A stretch of DNA of 64,000 bases from Chloroflexota bacterium (GTDB lineage Bacteria > Chloroflexota > UBA11872): contig OZ253587.1 of assembly GCA_965263175.1 (NCBI GenBank), positions 234,579-298,578 of the forward strand, given 5' to 3'. The notes beneath the pieces were generated by a model. That model was not told where the DNA came from. It was given only the letters and a program-made list of their open reading frames with translations, and did no database searches. A program made the translations under genes and the position numbers. Below, piece after piece: positions 58,435 through 64,000 of this stretch. The first letter of the stretch is position 1, and the number at the start of each line of letters is the position of its first letter.

Positions 58435-59589
58435 ATGAAGATCGCCGACATCCAGTTCCATGCCTTCAACCCGGGCTTCCGCAACGTGCAGGTCGTACGG
58501 GTCGAGTCCGACAACGGGTACTACGGCTGGGGCGAGGCCGGCCTAAGCTCCCGCGATCTGGCGGTGGGCGGCGCCGTGGCGCACTTTCGCGACTTCCTGA
58601 TCGGCCAGGACCCGCGCCGCATCGGGCGCATCTGGCAGGAGGTCTATCGCAGCCAGTACTTCGAGGGCGGGCGCGTGCTCACCGCCGCGATGTCGGCCAT
58701 CGACATCGCCCTGCACGACCTGGTGGCCAAGAGCCTCAACGTGCCCGTCTACCAGCTGCTGGGCGGCAAACAGCGCGACTTCGTGCCCTGCTTTGTCTCA
58801 ACCAGGTCCCAAGATCCGGACGACCTGATCGAGGAAGTGAAGGGCTACATGGCCGAGGGCTGGGAATGTATCCGTACCTCCATCCACAGCCCCGGGATCA
58901 ACGACGGCGGCAATCGCTTTGAGCCGCGTGCGTCCATCGCGGTCACCGCGGAGTGGCACACGGCCCTGCGCGAGGCCGTGGGGCCGGGACCCGTGCTGGG
59001 CCCCGACTACCACCACCGGCTGAGCGTGGCCGAAGCGGCGTCCTTCTGCCAGCGCATGCCGCCGGGAACCATCGACTTCCTGGAAGAGCCGATCCGCGAC
59101 GAGAGCCCCAGTGCGTACGCCAGCCTGCGCAGCATGACCGACGTGCCCTTTGCCATCGGCGAGGAGTTCTCCAGCAAATGGCAGTTCGCGCCCTACATCG
59201 AGGAAGGCCTGACCAATTTTGCCCGCGTCGACATCTGCAACGTCGGCGGCTTCACCGAGGCCATGAAGGTGGCCGGCTGGTGCGAGACCCACTACATCGA
59301 CCTGATGCCGCATAACCCGCTGGGTCCGGTCTGCACCGCCGCCAGCGTGCAGCTGGGCGCCGCCGTACCCAACTGGGCCTGGCTGGAAGACCGCGGCGCC
59401 GACCTGGGACGGCTCTACTCCGACGAAATCTTTCCCGTGCAGCCCAAGCTGGACGGCGCCTGGTACCCCGTGCTCGACACGCCCGGTCTGGGCGTGGAGA
59501 TCGATGTGGACGTGATCAAGGCCCTCCCCGTCAGCCACTGGGAGTCCCCCCACCTCACGCGACCCGACGGCTCCGTCACGAACTGGTAG
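58435..59589 (+). CDS. mandelate racemase/muconate lactonizing enolase-family enzyme, copy B
   Basis: Close paralog of 53404-54555. Confidence 0.93.
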   Translation: MKIADIQFHAFNPGFRNVQVVRVESDNGYYGWGEAGLSSRDLAVGGAVAHFRDFLIGQDPRRIGRIWQEVYRSQYFEGGRVLTAAMSAIDIALHDLVAKSLNVPVYQLLGGKQRDFVPCFVSTRSQDPDDLIEEVKGYMAEGWECIRTSIHSPGINDGGNRFEPRASIAVTAEWHTALREAVGPGPVLGPDYHHRLSVAEAASFCQRMPPGTIDFLEEPIRDESPSAYASLRSMTDVPFAIGEEFSSKWQFAPYIEEGLTNFARVDICNVGGFTEAMKVAGWCETHYIDLMPHNPLGPVCTAASVQLGAAVPNWAWLEDRGADLGRLYSDEIFPVQPKLDGAWYPVLDTPGLGVEIDVDVIKALPVSHWESPHLTRPDGSVTNW

Positions 59590-59609
59590 GGGGATCCCGG
59601 TTCGCGGCC

Positions 59610-60647
59610 TCAGATCGGTCGCGGCGCTGGCGTCGCCATGAGGTGGGGCCCATTCGTGGCGGATGACTGGCGGGCCAGGTCGTAGACGCCGTCCTGGAGT
59701 TCCAGCACACGGACTGCCTGCCGGAGCGGAATGGGCGGCGGGTCGCCGTCCAGCAGGGCCTTCAGGGAGCGACTCATGATGCTCGCCATCATGTCGGCCC
59801 TCGGCGTTTCGTCGTAGACCTGCACTCCCTGGTCGGTGTGGACCTGCACCTGGCCCACAAGGTCAGCGGTGTACTGACCGACCACGATCGCCCGGGTGCC
59901 CACGGCACGGACGACGTACTCGCCCGAGTGATCGCCCAGCGGATAGGCGTAGCTGCATTCCACCAGCCCGGTGCTGCCGTCCGCCGCCCGAAACAGGCCG
60001 GCGGCGTAGTCCTCGAAGGGGCGCTGGAACATGGCGTTGGAGATCACGCCCGCCACGGTCTCCACCGGCTGACCGCCCATCCCATCCAGCATGATGTCGA
60101 TGCCGTGCTGGCATTCCACGGCCCAGCAGCCGCCGCCGGAGATGGACGGATCGTTGTGCCAGGCGGAGGGCATGCCGTCATAGCGCGTTGGCGTTGAGGT
60201 GCTCAGTCGGCTGTGGAAGTGCACCAGGTCCCCGAGCGTGCCGTCCGCTATCGACTGACCAATCACGTCGATGACTTTGAGCTCACGCGTAGGCAGGGTG
60301 AGTGCTCCCCAAACGCCCGCGGCCTCGGCGGCCTCCACCGCAGGTCGCAGGCGGTCGGCGCAATCAGCCCAGGGCTTGTCGAAAAGACAGGGCACTCCGG
60401 CGTCCACACAGGCCTGCAGGTAGTCGGGGGCCAGGGTGTGGCGGCCCGACACCAGCGCCACGTCAGGCTGCACGACCTCCAAACACTCGGCGGCCGAGTC
60501 GAAGACGGGGCAGCCCCAGGTGTCCGCCATCACCGCGCGCTCGGACTCAAGCGGGTCGAACGCGCCGACAAGCTCGTGCCCCAACGCGACCGCCGTGCGG
60601 CCCATCCCAAACCCGTGATGACTGTAGGAGAGAACTACGGCGCGCAT
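59610..60647 (-). CDS. Gfo/Idh/MocA oxidoreductase
   Basis: FDKP, SGGGCWAVECQHGID and EDYA. Confidence 0.85.
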   Translation of the reverse strand: MRAVVLSYSHHGFGMGRTAVALGHELVGAFDPLESERAVMADTWGCPVFDSAAECLEVVQPDVALVSGRHTLAPDYLQACVDAGVPCLFDKPWADCADRLRPAVEAAEAAGVWGALTLPTRELKVIDVIGQSIADGTLGDLVHFHSRLSTSTPTRYDGMPSAWHNDPSISGGGCWAVECQHGIDIMLDGMGGQPVETVAGVISNAMFQRPFEDYAAGLFRAADGSTGLVECSYAYPLGDHSGEYVVRAVGTRAIVVGQYTADLVGQVQVHTDQGVQVYDETPRADMMASIMSRSLKALLDGDPPPIPLRQAVRVLELQDGVYDLARQSSATNGPHLMATPAPRPI

Positions 60648-60785
60648 ACGGCTGGCTCCGGCTGGCAGAGTGGCGCGTGAGTGTACGGGGCGCCGTGAAG
60701 GTATTCAGGGGCCCGGCTGGAATGGTTGACCGGCGTAACGTTTCTGACGGCCGCCCCTTCGGCACTCCGGACGCGTTAACCCAGG

Positions 60786-61775
60786 TTAGCCCGGCTTCGG
60801 GAAGTGCTCTGTAAGGAAGCACTCGATCTGCTTGAGTCGTTCGTCGAGCTTCTCGCCGGCTAGGTGCCCGCCGTCTTCGTACCTACCAAGCGCGGTGGCA
60901 GCCTCGTCTTCACCTATGTCAGTAAACCACTCAGCAAACCGCCCTGGACCCACCCAGATACCCAACTCGCCGCCGTTCGCACCGGCCCGCGGCGCCGCGT
61001 ACATCAGGAACCGGGTGCGGTTTGCCGGTGGCGCGATCCTCACAGATGCCCGTTGCGGCTGTACAGCCAGACCCGCCTGCTCTGACATCTCGACAAAGTG
61101 ATCGAATTGCTCGCGCACGCCCACCTCGCTAGCCAGGCCACGAATCGTCTCAACGGTGTAGCGGCGTTTTTGAGGAGCTGGCTTGGTCGGTTCGTCGACC
61201 ACCTCACGAATCAACAACCTCGGGCCGCCCTCCAGCTCGAACACCTCGAAGCTGACGACGCTGATCGGAACGCCGAAACGTGCCAGGAACTCGTTCATGC
61301 GCTCCAGTCCGGCGTGGGTTCCGGCGCCGACGAGCAGCACGGCGATCTCCCGCTCCTCCGCCTCGCCAGCCAATTGCTGTTTCACTCTCTCCGACAGCGT
61401 CTTCGCTTCACCAAACGCGCCGAGCCCGTCTTCGAGCTTCTCGTAGAGTTCATCCGCGTCGAGTCGGGCAAGCGACGCGGCATAGTAGAGCGCCTGTTCC
61501 AGCGCGCCGGAATCGAACCTCCCGGGCTTTATCTCGATCACGACCCAGCGGTCCTGCGAGTCGATAGCCAAGAGATCTAGCCGTCCGTCATCGATCGAAA
61601 CCTGGCGGCCGACCAGGGCGTATCCCTCCCCGATCAGCGTCACGTCGTTCACGATCCAGTCTTCGAGATGTTGCTCAAGTCCGATTTGGGAAAGCCCGAG
61701 TCTCTGCGGTTCCGACGGCTGTGCGTCACCCTCGCGGTGCTGCGCGTCTATGCTCCAGGCTGCCAGTTTCGCCAT
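60786..61775 (-). CDS. NucS/DUF91-like PD-(D/E)xK endonuclease domain protein
   Basis: LEQHLEDWI...VGRQ...GRLDLLAID...VIEIK...QALYY. Confidence 0.82.
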   Translation of the reverse strand: MAKLAAWSIDAQHREGDAQPSEPQRLGLSQIGLEQHLEDWIVNDVTLIGEGYALVGRQVSIDDGRLDLLAIDSQDRWVVIEIKPGRFDSGALEQALYYAASLARLDADELYEKLEDGLGAFGEAKTLSERVKQQLAGEAEEREIAVLLVGAGTHAGLERMNEFLARFGVPISVVSFEVFELEGGPRLLIREVVDEPTKPAPQKRRYTVETIRGLASEVGVREQFDHFVEMSEQAGLAVQPQRASVRIAPPANRTRFLMYAAPRAGANGGELGIWVGPGRFAEWFTDIGEDEAATALGRYEDGGHLAGEKLDERLKQIECFLTEHFPKPG

Positions 61776-61877
61776 TGTTCGCTCCCGGACTGTCAGTTCC
61801 CTATGGGTCTCGTTGAAGTTGTAGGTCCGTTCCACAAACCGCCGGAGTGGGACTGGACTTAAGTCGCGACTCCTGGG

Positions 61878-63155
61878 TCAGGCTGACTCTTCGGCCTGTT
61901 GGGTTTGGGTCTCGCCGAGGCCGGGCTGGGTGACCAGGATGGGCGCGCTGTCTGAATCCACGGTGTCACGCGTGACGACCACTTTCTTGACGCCTTTTTT
62001 GGAAGGCAGCGTGAACATGGTTTCCAGCAGCAGGTCTTCCAGCGTGGTGCGCAGGCCGCGCGCGCCGGTGTGCGTTTCCAGCGCCCGGTGCGCGATCGCC
62101 TCCAGACCGTCGTCGGTGATCTCCAGTTCAACGCGGTCCATCTCGAACAGTTTCTGGAACTGACGCAGCAGCGCGTTTTTGGGTTCGCAGAGAATCTGCA
62201 CCAGCGCGTCGGCATCCAGTTCGTCCAGCGCGGCCACCACCGGCAGGCGGCCCACAAATTCGGGGATCAGCCCGTACTTCAGCAGGTCGTCGGCCGTGAC
62301 ATGGTGCAGCACGCTCTCGGCCTTCTCGCCAAGGGCGCGCTTGCCAAAGCCCACGCCTCCCGCCTGGCCGACGCGCCGGGAGACGATGCGGTCCAGCCCT
62401 TCGAACGCGCCGCCGCAGACGAACAGGATGTCGCGCGTGTCCATCTGAATGAAGTCCTGGTGCGGGTGTTTGCGCCCACCCTGGGGCGGCACGTTGACCT
62501 GGGCGCCCTCAATGATCTTCAGCAGCGCCTGCTGCACGCCTTCGCCCGATACGTCGCGCGTGATCGACGGGTTGTCGGCTTTGCGGGAGACCTTGTCGAT
62601 TTCGTCAATGAAGATGATGCCGGTTTGGGCCCGGGCGACGTTGAAGTCGGCCGCCTGAAGCAGGCGCAGCAGAATGTTCTCCACGTCCTCGCCCACGTAG
62701 CCCGCCTCGGTAAGCGCCGTGGCGTCGGCGATACAGAACGGCACGTTGAGAATCCGGGCCAGTGTGCGCGCAATCTCGCTCTTGCCCACACCGGTGGGAC
62801 CCAGCAGCAGGATGTTGCTCTTGTGCAATTCAAAGTCGTCGTCGGAAGCACCCGCCGCGACCCGCTTGTAGTGGTTGTAGACCGCAACCGAGACGACCTT
62901 CTTGGCGCGGTCCTGACCGATCACGTAGTCGCTCAGCAGATGGAAAAGGCGTTCGGGCGTGGGGATGCGGCCCGCCAACGCGCGCGGACTCGGGGTCTGC
63001 GACTGTTCTTCGTCGATGATGTCGCGGCAAAGATTCACGCACTCGTTGCAGATGTAGACCCCGGCTGATCCGGAGATCAGGCGGCGGACCTGGTCCTGAG
63101 TTTTGCCGCAGAACGAGCAGCGGTAGCTCGCGCGGCTTGGCCGACTACGCGCCAT
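61878..63155 (-). CDS. clpX: ATP-dependent Clp protease ATP-binding subunit
   Basis: CSFCGK zinc finger, [24 protein letters not shown] and [14 protein letters not shown]. Confidence 0.98.
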   Translation of the reverse strand: MARSRPSRASYRCSFCGKTQDQVRRLISGSAGVYICNECVNLCRDIIDEEQSQTPSPRALAGRIPTPERLFHLLSDYVIGQDRAKKVVSVAVYNHYKRVAAGASDDDFELHKSNILLLGPTGVGKSEIARTLARILNVPFCIADATALTEAGYVGEDVENILLRLLQAADFNVARAQTGIIFIDEIDKVSRKADNPSITRDVSGEGVQQALLKIIEGAQVNVPPQGGRKHPHQDFIQMDTRDILFVCGGAFEGLDRIVSRRVGQAGGVGFGKRALGEKAESVLHHVTADDLLKYGLIPEFVGRLPVVAALDELDADALVQILCEPKNALLRQFQKLFEMDRVELEITDDGLEAIAHRALETHTGARGLRTTLEDLLLETMFTLPSKKGVKKVVVTRDTVDSDSAPILVTQPGLGETQTQQAEESA

Positions 63156-63209
63156 AACGAATCCGAGGGGCGAAAGTCTGGGCAGGGTACCGAGGTCGGA
63201 GCATGCCGC

Positions 63210-63833
63210 CTAGTCCGCGCCGTCGCCGTCCTGGTTCACGTTCGCCGAGCGCGGCGTCACGATCTGGTCGATCAGCCCGTAATCGCGGGCCTCCTCGGCC
63301 GTGAGATAGAAGTCGCGGTCCGAGTCCGCGTGGATACGATCCTGCGGCTGATCCGTCGCGTCCACAAATATCTTCTCGATCCGGTCGCGGACCTTGCCGA
63401 TCTCGCGCGCGCGAATCTGCAGGTCGGCGGCCTGCACGAAGCCCTCGAAGCCTTGCGACGGCTGGTGCAGCAAGACCGTGCTGTGCGGCAGCGCCGCGCG
63501 TTTGCCGCGAGCGCCGCCGGCCAGAATCACGCTACCCATGCTGGCGGCCAGGCCCACGCAGGTGGTGGCCACGTCATTCGGCACGTACTGCATCGTGTCG
63601 AAAACCGCCAGGCCGGCGCTCACGCTGCCGCCGGGCGAGTTGATGTACATGTAGATGTCGGCTTCGGCGTCCTCGCTGGTCAGCAGCAGCAACTGGGCGA
63701 TTACGGTGTTTGCCACCGCGTCATCGATCGGGGTGCCCAGAAAGATGATCCGGTCGCGCAGCAGGCGCGAATAGATGTCCATCCCGCGTTCGCCGCGGTC
63801 GGTCTGCTCGATTACATATGGGACCAAAACCAT
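63210..63833 (-). CDS. clpP: Clp protease proteolytic subunit
   Basis: DIYSRLL, YINSPGG, GLAASMG and HQP. Confidence 0.98.
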   Translation of the reverse strand: MVLVPYVIEQTDRGERGMDIYSRLLRDRIIFLGTPIDDAVANTVIAQLLLLTSEDAEADIYMYINSPGGSVSAGLAVFDTMQYVPNDVATTCVGLAASMGSVILAGGARGKRAALPHSTVLLHQPSQGFEGFVQAADLQIRAREIGKVRDRIEKIFVDATDQPQDRIHADSDRDFYLTAEEARDYGLIDQIVTPRSANVNQDGDGAD

Positions 63834-63860
63834 GTGATTGTCCTTTCCCTGCCGGCGGCG

Positions 63861-64000
63861 CTAGGCCTCGTCGGTTTCGGGGCCATCCTCTGGCTCGGCG
63901 GCGGCGGCCAGTTCGGGCGGGGGCTCGTGATGGTGATGGTCGTGGTCGTGTATTGGGGCCGCGCCATCGGTCACCGCGGCGACCAGCGCCCGTAAGGCCT
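63861..64000 (-). CDS. 3' end of a gene, probably trigger factor (partial)
   Basis: ALRALVAAVTDGAAPIHDHDHHHHEPPPELAAAAEPEDGPETDEA*; position upstream of clpP-clpX fits the usual tig-clpP-clpX order. Confidence 0.5.
   Translation of the reverse strand, partial: ALRALVAAVTDGAAPIHDHDHHHHEPPPELAAAAEPEDGPETDEA

Noticed and set aside
53404-59589. Enolase duplication caused by the IS insertion
   Set aside because: The IS has its own clean 8-bp TSD and the paralogs have already diverged, so the duplication is older.
1-64000. CRISPR array or cas genes
   Set aside because: No regularly spaced repeats with unique spacers; the repeats found are tandem, coding or terminal inverted repeats.

Overview
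High-GC bacterial window. Tat-lipoprotein binding proteins with VEK repeats, LRR/cadherin/FN3/Calx-beta surface proteins and many Gfo/Idh/MocA, enolase-family and sulfatase genes suggest a Chloroflexota, possibly a sponge symbiont (inference). The strongest sequence signal is a family of IS1-type (ISMhu11-like) elements that begin with GGTAGTG...TTTGA and make 8-bp target duplications. It occurs in three forms: (1) a complete 3.5-kb element (54644-58151) carrying an MTase-Mrr-nuclease fusion and three small genes, with an apparently identical partial inverted copy at 1-1709; (2) a 3.0-kb non-autonomous element (6463-9437) with a decayed transposase and unrelated membrane/surface cargo; (3) a 252-bp MITE (33063-33314) with a second MITE nested in its hairpin. 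Other notable loci are an orphan CmlS-like flavin halogenase with a C-terminal winged-helix/RRE-like domain coupled to a TPR protein, three tandem tiny Tat-lipoproteins, and a cluster of proteins with eukaryote-like domains. Defence/TA loci are dense: C5-MTase/GIY-YIG/Vsr, AAA-ATPase+PIN, a type IIG-like R-M gene, VapBC, TumA/TumE-like and DUF4258/DUF2283. The window also has tRNA-Glu, tandem DarA-like genes and clpP-clpX. No CRISPR array was seen. All family assignments are from motif recognition by eye, not database searches.
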